A DNA stretch of 63,480 nt, counting the filler, from Catajapyx aquilonaris (taxonomy: Eukaryota): the NCBI GenBank assembly GCA_000934665.2. It is 4 parts of 4 records of this genome, joined end to end, with 100 filler letters (N's around TTAATTAATTAA, not from the genome) between each part and the next. Parts side by side here need not be neighbours in the genome. Positions count along the whole stretch, not along the records: positions 31,780 to 47,614 come from JYFJ02007395.1; positions 47,715 to 63,480 come from JYFJ02007396.1; 2 more parts are not named here. The stretch is one strand, 5' to 3'. The notes under the pieces were generated by a model. The model was not told the origin of the DNA. It saw only the letters and a list, made by a program, of their open reading frames with translations, and searched no databases. This document shows positions 41,901-53,553 of the stretch, piece after piece (position 1 is the stretch's first letter; every line of letters starts with the position of its first letter). The position numbers and the translations under genes were made by a program.

Positions 41901-44900
41901 ATACCATATCAAAAGTATATTTCTGTAATATTCCTGCTTCTAGTTTCATTTCTCTAATTTTAAAAAAACCACGAAAGGGTCGAAAATGCTGCATTTTCAG
42001 GTCAGGCTCTAGATACGGCACATGGGAGTTGACAAAACCTGCAATTTAACGGTCCTTCATGGTTGGAATAAAAAGCAAACACAATAGTTATTTTCTACGG
42101 GCAGTCCTATCCTCGCAAAAAAAATTACCTCCAATTTTGGTGCATACGTGATTTCCTTACAGTGGTAGCAGGAGGATTAAATAACTAGAATAACTTACAC
42201 ATTACTTATTGACACGTCCCATAATTATGCTGACAATAACTCAATATCACTGTGGCTACCTCTTTAAGTCTCCTCTGAATTATGAATTGGACAAGAATTT
42301 CGACACAGATTTAGCATGGTTGGTTATGGGCAATGTATAAAGGCCACCTCAATGACACTCATCAATTAATGCAAAGCATTCACTCACCTGGAGAAAATTC
42401 CTCGATCTGCACGGAGCATTTCACGGGTGTTCATGCCTTTTGTTTGCCGAATTGCAGATTTGCGAACGTATTGCTTCCCCATCAAGCGTACCAACACTGA
42501 ACTACTGTTGAGATATTCAACCAACTATAATGCAAAAGATATTTGTTACAATCCATCTAAGCACTTTCCAGAAGTATTATGACCAAATGCAAATTCTTAC
42601 TTCTGCAGTGGCTGGTGTAAAGGAGAACTTCCTGGCATAATTAAAATCAGGATTGGAAGTAAAGCCCACTTTTTCTGTACTATATTCCTTCTTGTTGCCA
42701 TACATCTGGTACTTGCAATACATATCCTAAAATTGAACAGATGCACATAAGGCATTTTGCAGGATTAGTATACCAATGCAGTCATCACTGCCATGAAGAA
42801 ACCCCCAGCAGGATTAGTGTCATGCTAAGAAACAATGGTAATAAGTATTTTGGTAAACTAGAAACCTGCTGTGGCATCCCATCCCCCCCCCCNCCCCCCC
42901 AAGTGCCAGCTGCCATGAAGGTTGCATTATAATGCAACCAAACAAAATGATTAGTTTAAATTCACTGGGATAACCCTGATAGAAATTTCTTTCACCATAA
43001 CCTAGGAAACTCTTCTAGTTTCTATGTTCATGAGTATTTAAGCCACTCGCGTGATATTTTAAATGGCACGACGTCCTAGGCCAAGGTCTCATTCATTGCA
43101 AACACTTACTGCACAAATTTAAACACTCATAGCTCCCTGCCACATATTTCCCAGTAAGTGGACGTGCAGCAGAAAACAGTAAAAAAAAAAATCAGAACAA
43201 TCTGTCAAGGGTAGGCAAACTCTCTCGACCCCATTGCGGCCTTGAAAGTGGCCTCGCTCCTAATTGGCTGGGCGCACTGCTCCAACTGCTCTAGACGGTG
43301 GCCACTCGTGCATAGTATATGAGGCGTTAGATGGCTTCTCGAGTGATGCAACAAAATTGGTGTGTTTGGCAAGATTCAGCCCCATCTTGTGCATGAATCG
43401 AGAGCGAAACCAATGGTGCCAGATCCAGTGATTTTCACCTAGGACACTATTTTTAAACCCCCACCCAACGAGTGCAGGATCCAGCAGGGAGGCTACTATC
43501 CATTTATTTAATATAGAGCCCTGTGTTTGACTCTAAACAACTCCCAGGCAAATTATCCAAAAAAATCATGGTATGTATCATTAGAAACCTTGTTTAAATC
43601 CACGTTACATACATGCGAGTTGTTTTCCTATCTTCAGTATCTCATTTTTTATCGTAAAAAGAAGGCGGAAAAGTGTCATTTTTTGACTAGTTGCTGACGT
43701 TGCACAGCAAAGAGAATTTTTTATGACACTTTCAGGAGGCCAAAAAAATCCACCTGTGAACCTTGTCTACCTAAATATATATTTGAAACATTGAGATCAC
43801 CATTTCCGTAATTATAATTAAGTTAATTGCACACCTGTTATCTCGGCTGTTTATAATGCGAATTACTTGCGAATGTATCGACGGCAAGCCAGAAATGTGC
43901 GTGATAAGATTACATTGTGCTCTATTACACTAAAATTTTAAAAGTATTTAAAAGTATCGCCGTCTATTCCCACCAGAAAGCGGGCTGGGTCCTTTTCTAT
44001 TAAACTTACTAAAACAATATTTAAATTTTTTTTAGTGTAATAGAGCACAATGTAATATTATCACACACATTTCTGGCTTGCCGTCAATACATTCGCGAAG
44101 TAATTCGGATTATAAACAGCAGAGATAACAGAGGTGTGCAATTAACTTAATTGTGATTACAGAAATGGCGATCTCAATGTTTCAAATATATCATTACATA
44201 GGCAAAGATGTGCACTATCCAGGGTCCACAGGGAGATTTTTTTGGTCTCCTGAAAGCATCATAAAAAATTCACGTTGCGATGCAACGTTGGCAACTAGTC
44301 AAAAAATGACACTTTTCCGCCTTCTTTTTACGATAAAAAATTAGAGACTGACGATAGGAAAACAACTCGCATATATGTAACGTGGATTTAGACCAGCTTT
44401 CGAACGATATATAACTTTATTTATTTTTTGGATAATTTGCCTGGGAGATGTTTAGAGTCAAACACAGGGCTCTATATTAAATAAACGGGTTAATCCCCCA
44501 CAGAGCATAAGACTGGATCATAGCTAACATGAGCATACTTGATGCTACTTCTTTATGGGTTCGATCCCAAGCCCGGGCATTCCCCCCTTCATCTCTTGCA
44601 GAGTTAGGTCGTCTCTGGCTTCGTCTCGGGTGGGATTCTTTGAGACTAACCACCCGGGGGAGTTCACAAAACGACATTAGCAACGACAATGCACTGCACT
44701 TTGCACATCCCCTCCCTTTCATAACCCTTCGCTCGCAGTACCCGGGCGTTACGGAAAAGGACCAACGTGTACAAGCTTGTAATATCAAAGCAAATAAAGG
44801 TACCGTGCCAGATGCCCAAGAAGGGTAGTGCACTAATATGCTATTATTATTATGATGATGATGATGATGATTATTATTATTAAATGTCACCATCATGATA

Positions 44901-45270
44901 GTACTTCCCATACTGCTCATTTAAAAAATCATGATCATTCTTTATTGAAAGGCCCTCATAAAAAGCATAATTTTGATCAACCTTCAAAATGCTAATTATA
45001 TGCTAGAAATTTTTCAATAAATGTTTAGTTACTTAAAACTGGTCCTACCAATGAAGTCATCCTATTTAAGGTGTTATAAATCTAGCAAAAACATTGTAAT
45101 TGTAATTAGAATATTCAACTTACAGTGTATCTTTTGGGAATTCCTTGGCAGTTATGAATTTTGAAGAGGAAGTGTACATTTTGGCCAATAAGTGATTCGG
45201 GGGAGTCTACAAATTTGTCATCTGCTTCAGTATATTCACGTCCATGTGCATCACAGGGGGACACCTCAAT
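38959..45270 (-). CDS. KIF28: KIF28/KLP-6-like kinesin-3, C-terminal exons
   Basis: Phase-consistent exons 45270-45124 (IEVSPCDAHGREYTEADDKFVDSPESLIG..HF.FKI.NCQGIP), 42726-42601 (DMYCKY...TSNPDFNY.RKFSFTPAT), 42524-42388 (LVEYLN...V.LMGKQ), 40061-39941, 39884-39755, 39047-38959 (...SSSVCAAM-stop). The motor domain is not in this contig. Confidence 0.8.
39176..39640. mobile_element. TTAA-flanked (piggyBac-like) element carrying a nested ~165-bp inverted-repeat MITE at 39378-39543
   Basis: ttaacccct ... aagagttaa; inner arms cagtgttggtcatatatcgaggcaaccgccagcgacatttt / aaaatgtcgctggcggttgcctcggtatatgaccaacactg. Confidence 0.6.
40629..41179. mobile_element. Harbinger-type MITE
   Basis: About 50-bp TIRs gggccattcacacatgccactaaaatcgtgatcttc / gaagatcacgattttagtggcgtgtgtgaatggccc. 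Confidence 0.8.
43503..44485. mobile_element. ~1-kb foldback (long inverted repeat) element in a kinesin intron
   Basis: Arms of about 440 bp colinear in inverse orientation (tttatttaatatagagccctgtgtttgactctaaaca... / ...tgtttagagtcaaacacagggctctatattaaataaa) around a short spacer near 43945-44025. Confidence 0.88.
44557..44882 (+). mobile_element. tRNA-derived SINE, family A, 5'-truncated
   Basis: B box gggttcgatccc, family core, (TAT/GAT)n tail. Confidence 0.8.
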
Positions 45271-46585
45271 CTGAAATAAAGGCACATTGTATTAAAGGAA
45301 GAAGGACAAAATCTCAGTCCTGCATGATTATAATAGTAGTGGATACCCCATGATAGACCTCCTTGGACCTTTTAGGGCAGTGGTCCCCAACCCCCGGGCC
45401 GCGGACCAGTACCGGTCCGTGGATCAAATGGTACCAGGCCGCCTAATTATTTCCATTTCATGATTTTTTTCAATCACTTTATATTCATTTTTTGGTGTAA
45501 CTGTATTTTATTTTGAAGCCACGTTTAATTAAGTACAAGCCGTAAAGGGCAGGGGGATTTTTTCTTTTTCTTTTTGTGTGGGTGGGGGGGGGGGGGGTCC
45601 AGGTCACACGAGCTTAGGTGAATGTGGGAGATTTGAATGGGTGTGTATTTGATGAAATTGGTAGCACTTTTTCCCAAAAAATCATGAATTAGTAATTTCT
45701 GATGCTATTTCAAACTGTCCTGTATATCGTCGCGGTCCATGTCATTGGGGTTTTTCTTATTACTTACGTTGCTGTGCCTTGTTTTTCACCATACTGAAAC
45801 TAAATGGTGCCAATAATGACTAGCTTCAACTCCAATACGTTTTCAAGGGTTATTATGGCGTAATGAATCCCAATGATCCCAATAACTCGAACCACCATGG
45901 ACATAGAAAAAAAAATCGGCATTCGACTTATCGAACATGGTGGGGAAAACAGCACCCGCACAAATTAAACACCTGCAGTATGTGGTGTACTGTATTGTAT
46001 AGTGTACAGTATTGTTTATTGCTTTTATAACGCTGAAACCCATTATAGGGGTTATAACAGCACCGTGCAGTATGGTACAGTAGTTTACATGTCACCACCA
46101 CAAAGGAATGCATAGTCACTACCTACAGGAAAGGGAGCTTAAAGCACATGGCTTTCAGATGGCTTTGTGCATTCCTTCGCAGCTTATGGAGAATTAACCA
46201 GCTGGGGTGGAAATCTCCAAGAATGAATCATACCACATGTTTGCCCAACTTGGAAATTCCCCGGTGTTGACAAAATTCGATTTATTAATAGTGAAAGTGC
46301 TGCGGAGTTCACAAAATATATTCGACTTCTCAAGAAAATCGAGTCATACAAATTCGAGTTATTGGAGTTCAATTTGCATTACAGTATATGGAGAATCCGC
46401 CAAGTATATGATTTTCTGGGACTTATCGAGAATTTCGAGTCATCGGTATTCGAGTCATCGGGATTTGACTGTATACGGCAACACCGCATTGAAACGGATG
46501 TGAGTGCAGGCAACCGTAACCGATTCTCAGCGTATCTTTTTTACCACCTTATCGCTGGACCTAATCATGTCCATTGTCCAACTTA

Positions 46586-46920
46586 GGGAAGGCGGAGTGG
46601 TGCTGCAGTAACGTATGTGCCCATGGATGTTAAGGTCCCGGGATTAAAGCCGGCAAGGGGACACCCCCTTCATCTTGTGCAGAGTTTAAGGCCATCTCTG
46701 ACTTCATCTCGGGTGGGATTTCCAACAGACTAAACTACCCGGGGGAGTTCACAAAATGACCTATAGTGACTGTACTGCACTGCACCATGCACATCCCCTC
46801 CTGTCACCTTCCCTGTCGCTTGCGGTACCCGGGCGTTACGGTACAAGGACCATCTTATACTAGCTTATACATAGCAAATAAAGGTACTGTGCAGGCTGCC
46901 CATTGGGCAGAAACCCATTA

Positions 46921-46991
<71 letters not shown>
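46586..46991 (+). mobile_element. tRNA-derived SINE, family A, with long (ATT)n tail
   Basis: Head gggaaggcggagtggtgctgcagtaacg, family core, (ATT)n at 46923-46990. Confidence 0.85.
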
Positions 46992-46993
<2 letters not shown>

Positions 46994-47614
46994 CATGTCA
47001 AACTTATGCGTTGTACAGAAGAGGACCTGAGTCATGCATGTGAACAGTTCTTCACTCCATATAATCATTATTGCACTTCTAAGAGCTAGATAATGGCGCA
47101 AAATTCAAGTTTTGTGAATTTTTTTCACATCAACGTTATTTTGATGACCAATGTATTGACTTTAAAATATCAAATGGGTCATTCCATGTCAATTCACCGA
47201 GCTTTTAAGGAAAATTGACCCTTGGGTTGTCAGATTTTGACGAAAATCGGCGAATCGCTTTAATTACGTCTTTCAAAAATACCATTTGCGCGGTTTTGAG
47301 ATTTACCCCTCCTCCCCGGAGATAGGCCCACCGAAAAAACGTCATTTTCGGAAGGTAGGGTTTCAGAAATCGGTCATATCTCGTGAACCAATTGAGCTAC
47401 AGACGTCGTAGACCGCTCCCTTTGAAGAGATTCGAGAGCCCAATCTCACTAAGGATTGAAAATTCGCATTTTGACTTTTTTGAAAATTTTGTCCCATTTT
47501 CAAAATTTCAAAATTTTTTTTTTTTAAAATCCGCCTAATTTAAAAATCCGATTTTTAAATAATGTTGTAGCTCAGACCCTTTCCCTCACATAGAAAAAAA
47601 TCTCAGGAGGACTT

Positions 47615-47713
47615 NNNNNNNNNNNNNNNNNNNNNNNNNNNNNNNNNNNNNNNNNNNNTTAATTAATTAANNNNNNNNNNNNNNNNNNNNNNNNNNNNNN
47701 NNNNNNNNNNNNN
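47615..47713. other. Artificial contig spacer
   Basis: N-TTAATTAATTAA-N. Confidence 0.95.
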
Positions 47714-47980
47714 NGTGTGCCAATTCGTGTCATTCGGTTAGCCAAGAAGGGAATTATGCCCTTTTTGCCTTGCCTAAGAACTTTCGCCCGCGGGCCGGCC
47801 CCAGGGCGAAAATGTGTGATTCGGGACATTTGACGTTGTCTTGGATGTCTGAGTTACAGGTCTGCCAGTTCTCAAATTTTTAGCTCACTTAGAAGTGTGT
47901 GAAAATAATTACGTAAAGTGCATGACATTGCATGGAAAGCTCTATCCCAGTTTGAATTTATCCTCGCCGTGACGTCACGC

Positions 47981-48262
47981 CAAAAGCCACGGTCACGTGA
48001 CAAGAGCAAATCTGTCGGGACGGCTCCCCCCTGCAGCGCGGGGGCTTTTGGCTGCTGGGTGTCCCCCCCTGGCCCTGTCCGCCCCTCCCTAGAGCAACCT
48101 GGGGGCGGTGGGCTCCCCCTCCGCCCCCATGTTGGCGCGGGGCTCAGTGCGGACGCCCGGTCTGCGAGGGTCAGGCCGAGGAGATGGGGCCCCGCCCTCA
48201 GGGCATCCTCCGGCACCGGCCTCCCAGTCGCGGGATCACAGGAGAGAGCCAACTCTCCCAGC
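47981..48262 (-). ncRNA. 7SL: 7SL (SRP) RNA variant or pseudogene with altered 3' end
   Basis: 48034-48296 is identical to 53007-53269 (TATA-like box, Alu 5' domain, helices 6 and 8). The 3' strand of helix 5 is largely missing or diverged; a T4 run lies near 47982. Confidence 0.8.
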
Positions 48263-50000
48263 CGATGGACAGGGCGCCAAATTGGGCTATTTATGCAGCC
48301 TTGCTCCAGGCCGAGGAGGAGGAAGGGCGGGGATAATTATGTAATATTGTCAGCATTACTTATGAACGACAATGAAAGAAAAACGAACATCTGTTGTCTT
48401 GGGCCGTACTTGGGACTGTTGTGTTTCCGTGACATTGTAAGCACAAAGGAGATAGTTTTCATTGAATATATTGCTTCATGGAGCTGAATGACTTGCAGTG
48501 GATGGCTATTATGAAGTGCAGCCATGCAGGCTGTGATGACAGGGAAGGGAATCTATGGGTAATAATGTTGATAACTTCTTTTGGACATGTATCATTTTTG
48601 CATCATTGATTGTAGATGCAATTATGCACTGTGGAAGGTGGAAGGTGGAAGGAAATGCTAATAATGAGTCTTGCATCATACTCTAATTTTATTGATACCT
48701 CACAAGTCCCCCTCAAAAACCCATCAGGGTTAACACATAAAAAATAAAAAATAAAAGTAAATAAATGATACCTTACAACTTACAAGTTATGGTTATAAAA
48801 AGTGCCAAAGACTTAGCTATATCTACTTGTGGAAAGGTAGGGATGTCTGTGTCTGTGTGTCAAAATTTGGTAATACCTCGGGTAATACTATATTTGAATA
48901 ATACCAGTGACTAAAGTGACCATTGCGACTAAATATAATGCCAAACATGTGTTCTAATAATAGTGGTCGAGACAGCCCCACAGAATAAAAGCACCTATTG
49001 ACATACATCATTCAACTATCAATGCAGACATCTGTAACATCACACCTTAAGTCTGTGATGAACAAACAGTCACAGGAGCATAAGGGGGCAGTCCAACTAC
49101 TCATAAATGTATTTAAATCAAATTTTCACAATTTCATACCCATTTCATACCCTTCTGAGATTCCCTAGTAATGTTTGTGTTACAATATCAACCTGAAGGT
49201 AGAGGAAGGACTCATCAATGACTGTGTAGACAGGCAATGATTTCAACTTAGCACAGAGGATGAACAGGCAGGACTGCAGGAGGAAGGGGGAATAATGAGA
49301 GTGGTGACATGATGATGGTGCAAAAGTTTCATGATCAGATCATGTTTTGATTTTGTCCATTGTTATATTAAAATTGAACCAACATTGAGAATGGCCCGGC
49401 CACTGTTTCTCTGAAGAGCATGGGTTGATTTTTCGTCCTACAGTTAGTCAGCAGTTCTGCTGTCGGAATCTACAGCATTAACCATCATAACCCACAAGAG
49501 AGCTTATGGGAGAATCCTGATTAGCAGAACCTTGGCAGGAAGACGACAAACCCACCCAAAATTATAGGCACAATCAATAGTATGCCTGTTACAGGTACTG
49601 CATTTTGAACCAGTACAAGTTCCTTTTTGCGGCTACCTATGGAAAAAATACATTTTGGATGCCATTCCATTACTGGTTGGTGTGCCACAGTCTTATGAAG
49701 GTGATCTGACTGTCAGATTAATTTTCACATGTTTGGTGTAGTTTGCAATGTCATTAGTCCATCCAAATTATACATACTTGATTTGGTATGAATTGAGTAC
49801 ACAACATTCTGGCTGTTAAAACATTATTTCCTTTTGCTTCCAGCCACAACCTTGACTGATAATAATCCATATTAACTTGTAAGTAACTCTTGACAGAAAA
49901 ATAATTGTAAATTGTAAATCTAAAAGTAACCCGCGTTAGGACAATTTGGGTATCAGTCTGGGGCATGGAACCACTGAAAAGATCTACCACACCTTGCAGT

Positions 50001-52628
50001 TCATGTGTTTCCAGCATGTACTTTTGCATGCAAGCATAGCGCAGTCAGGGTAGGAAACATCAGATTACATACTTTACAAGTGACAGGCTTGTCGGCTGTG
50101 TGTGACATTTTGTGGGCTTGCAAATTAGTTCGAGAACAGTATGATTTGTCGCAAATGTTGCATGTAAATGACTTTTTACCTGAATGTATCCTCATATGTG
50201 CCACTAATGCAGAATGTTGCAAAAACACTTTACCACACAATTCACAGATGGCGGTCTTCTTCTTGGTGTGCACTGTGGCATGCTCCCGCAATTGAGAAAC
50301 ACTATAAAATGCCTGTTTGCATATAGGGCAAGTCACAGTGTTTCCTGCAGATAAATTCGCAAGGGGGTCCTGAGTCTCTGTGGTACTAGTTGATGCAACC
50401 AGCACTATTTCCATCTCTTCTTCTCTAGGCATTGCTAATGAAGTCTTGGCCAGATTTGTTGTCTGCAAATAATAATAGCAATAAAAGCATTTTGATGCAC
50501 ATAGTGTTGAGGAGGGTTGTTTACCTGGTTTGAAGTAGTTGCTAATCCATGTACTTTTGAAAAGTTGTTTTTGTCAACTTGGCTCACCAGATCTTTTCCA
50601 CTATTCGTGGAATATTCATCAGGGCCATCTTCCACTGGCAATGAATCATCTGGTTCTACTTTACAGTTCACCTTATAAGGTAAAAAGGTAATAAAATTAT
50701 TACTTAAGAAAATTCTAAGCCTAAATCTTGAAAACAGCTGTTATACACTGTACTCCAGATTATCCGGGAGGGGATTATCTGTGTTTGCAGATAATCTGTG
50801 TATCACCAAAAAACTAAATAAGTTATTTATTTTTTACTGTCTTTTTAAGTTATTTTACCTCATGCTGAGCCAAACAGGCTCTTTAGGGGTACAAAAAAAA
50901 ATTATTACAAATAAAAGACCCAACATATGTCAATATGTCTTGCAAACAAAGAGATATGAAAGACTTTTCTGCAAGGCAAACTAAAAATCTATGGTTAAGT
51001 TTCATTATTTTGATTAAACTTTAGTTACAGCAACATACACTATGTACAGTAGTACATTAAAAATCTGCGAATGGCTCATTTTTGCGGTATCTAGGGCCAT
51101 TTTCCGATCATCATTTGTGTTTTCTGAATATTCAACGACACCTGTGCATCCATTAGCCTGGATAATTGGGAGTACAGTGTATAAGCAATACCAAAAAATA
51201 ACCCCTGGCTTGCAAACAAGCACATGATTCATTTATTTTGCATCCAGACTTTTCCTTCCATGAATTGGACTGTTGAATTGGTTTTTAAAAACATTTGTAG
51301 CAAAAGCAAATACATGAATAGGCCTACATACGAGGCGTGTCCAGAAAGTAAGTTCCGTTTTTTATTAGAAAAACTGCAATGCACCCCCAGAAGTTGTATT
51401 ACGATATATAGCGTATATACCTCTGAAAGCTTCAACTGTCTACTCTTTTTCAACATAGGTTCCAGCCAAATTAAGGCATATGTCATAGAATTACGGAAGA
51501 TTTTGTATGCCTATGTCATAGAAGTTTGCTGCTAGCCATTTCCCCACTGGACTGCACTCCTCGTCATTGTAAAACCTTACTAAGTAAAAGTTACAACACA
51601 GAAGCATTACCATTTCTATTTCTGGCATCTCTAAATCTTCCTGTCCAGAAATGCTTCCACCAGACTCCATGTATGGATCTTGTGGCACATCAGGTATCGG
51701 GGACACTTCTGATGTAAATAATTCCACATCTGCCTTGCCATTTCCGCTGTGAATACCTGCAGTACACAGAATTTCCTAGGTTAAAAAGTTATTTACCACA
51801 AATTAACATTCACTTACCAATGGTAGAATTACTATTACTGGCTCCAGAATAATCTTCTACCTCAGCAACACATTTCTAAAAGTATAATAAAGTATCAGTG
51901 GCAATTCAGAATTAGCAAAAATTTAATTCACTGAATTTTGTGTGGCATCTTTACCACATTCCGCAGCTCCTCATTCAAATCCTTTTGACCTACATGCATT
52001 TTAGGCTGGAGTGAAGCTGTTTCAGAGTCCCTTGCCTTCTTTCTCAATTTTTCTTTCTCCTTCAATTGATCTCTGGACCTCTTCAATGACTCTGCCTCGC
52101 TTACAACTGGCAGTAATTGTAACAGTGCATCGCTAATAGCTGCAAGCAAGAGAAATACATGTAGAGGAAGTATAATAAAAAGCAAAATCTGTAAGATTAG
52201 TAACACATTAGAGAAGAATTTGTTCAATACACTTATAAATTAGGATTGTGATCAGCATAATTGGCATAATCCGATAATCCGCATAATTGTTATGAAGTCA
52301 GCGAAGGGATATACCTTGAGGTTAAAGTCATGTTTATGCTGTGCTAGAGCTAGCTGATTTACATTTCTCATCTCAGCATGCAGGAACTCTGGTATTTCCA
52401 AAACAACAAAGTCAAAATCCTGTCGACTTGTCGTTGTATCAGAATGTATTCTACGTCACCCTGAAATATACCCTTATCTCTCTTCCTTGTTCCTCCCCTT
52501 CCGCCAACCAATGCTCCTCTGATCAAGCCCTCCAGGTCGTCCATCCTCCTCTCAATCCTTTCCAGCAGGGCCCTATTCCCTGCCACAGCCTTCATCACAC
52601 TCCTGAGGTCAACATGGTCCAGCTCCAT
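50001..52628 (-). CDS. C2H2 zinc-finger protein (4 fingers, N-terminal coiled-coil-like segment)
   Basis: Phase-consistent exons 52628-52472, 52139-51955, 51875-51818, 51756-51611, 50671-50525, 50462-50001. The last exon has CPICKQAF..H..VH, CELCGKVF..HMRIHSGKK, CNICDK..HKMSH, CKVC..HAKVH. Confidence 0.85.
50746..51179. mobile_element. pogo/Tigger-type MITE (intronic)
   Basis: TIRs cactgtactccagattatccgg / ctggataattgggagtacagtg, TA flanks. Confidence 0.75.
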
Positions 52629-52925
52629 ACCTTCCGACGCTTCAAAAAACCTCGCCAAATCGAACCAGACTTCAGACCGCTTCAGACTCAGACAATAAAA
52701 TCCCACAAAATGACTGCAAACAACAGAAATCCTTCCAAGCTTCTGGCAAACTACAACAAAAGCGACGCCATCTTGAAAAGGTGCGTTCGGTTTGCTGGCA
52801 CAAATAACAGCGAGACGGTGCATTCATGTGGCTGCGTTCAGCGCCACCTTTTAAATACAATCAAAGCCACTTTGCAGGTTGCAAAAATGATTAATTGCAT
52901 GCAAAAAAACGGAGATTGAGTGCAG

Positions 52926-53235
52926 AAAAAATGATGGTGCCGTGTCTGCCCGTATTGGGCGGGTTCCCCCCGGTGTCCCCCTCCCAGGCGCGATCCCACT
53001 GCTGCCCAGCGCGGGGGCTTTTGGCTGCTGGGTGTCCCCCCCTGGCCCTGTCCGCCCCTCCCTAGAGCAACCTGGGGGCGGTGGGCTCCCCCTCCGCCCC
53101 CATGTTGGCGCGGGGCTCAGTGCGGACGCCCGGTCTGCGAGGGTCAGGCCGAGGAGATGGGGCCCCGCCCTCAGGGCATCCTCCGGCACCGGCCTCCCAG
53201 TCGCGGGATCACAGGAGAGAGCCAACTCTCCCAGC
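52926..53235 (-). ncRNA. 7SL: 7SL signal recognition particle RNA gene, full length (~305 nt)
   Basis: Minus strand starts GCTGGGAGAGTTGGCTCTCTCCTGTGATCCC (Alu domain), then GGGCGTCCGCACTGAG, helix 6 with GGAG tetraloop, CCAGGTTGC, helix 8 CCAGG...AGCAG..AAAA and AGTGGGATCGCGCCTG. Helix-5 pairings GGUGCCG/CGGCACC and GGGCGGG/CCCGCCC are present; T6 terminator; TAAATA about 30 nt upstream. Confidence 0.95.
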
Positions 53236-53553
53236 CGATGGACAGGGCGCCAAATTGGGCTATTTATGCTGCCTTTTGTCAGCAGTACTTATGAACACGC
53301 TTATTATGATCAAACCTTACTTCACATTTTTATTTTTTTAAACGAGCAGCTGTTGCCATGGGACTGTTGTGTTTCCATGGCATTGTAAGAAAAAAAGGAG
53401 GCCAATTGTTTCATGGGCATGTCCACGTTGAAAGAATTTTTTACCTAGGCAAAGTATTTAGTCGGACAAATATTTTGGATCACTGCATCCCATGTCTTTA
53501 TAACGCTTGCATTTGCATGTTTCAGGAGTAGTGCATATATAGGCATAGAAATC

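Noticed and set aside
46865..47101. Poly-Asn ORF
   Set aside because: Antisense translation of the SINE (ATT)n tail.
47872..53388. Duplicated Pro/Gly/Arg-rich ORFs, or LTRs flanking the zinc-finger gene
   Set aside because: The repeat is the 7SL RNA gene. The ORFs arise from high GC content, and there are no TG..CA ends, PBS or gag/pol.
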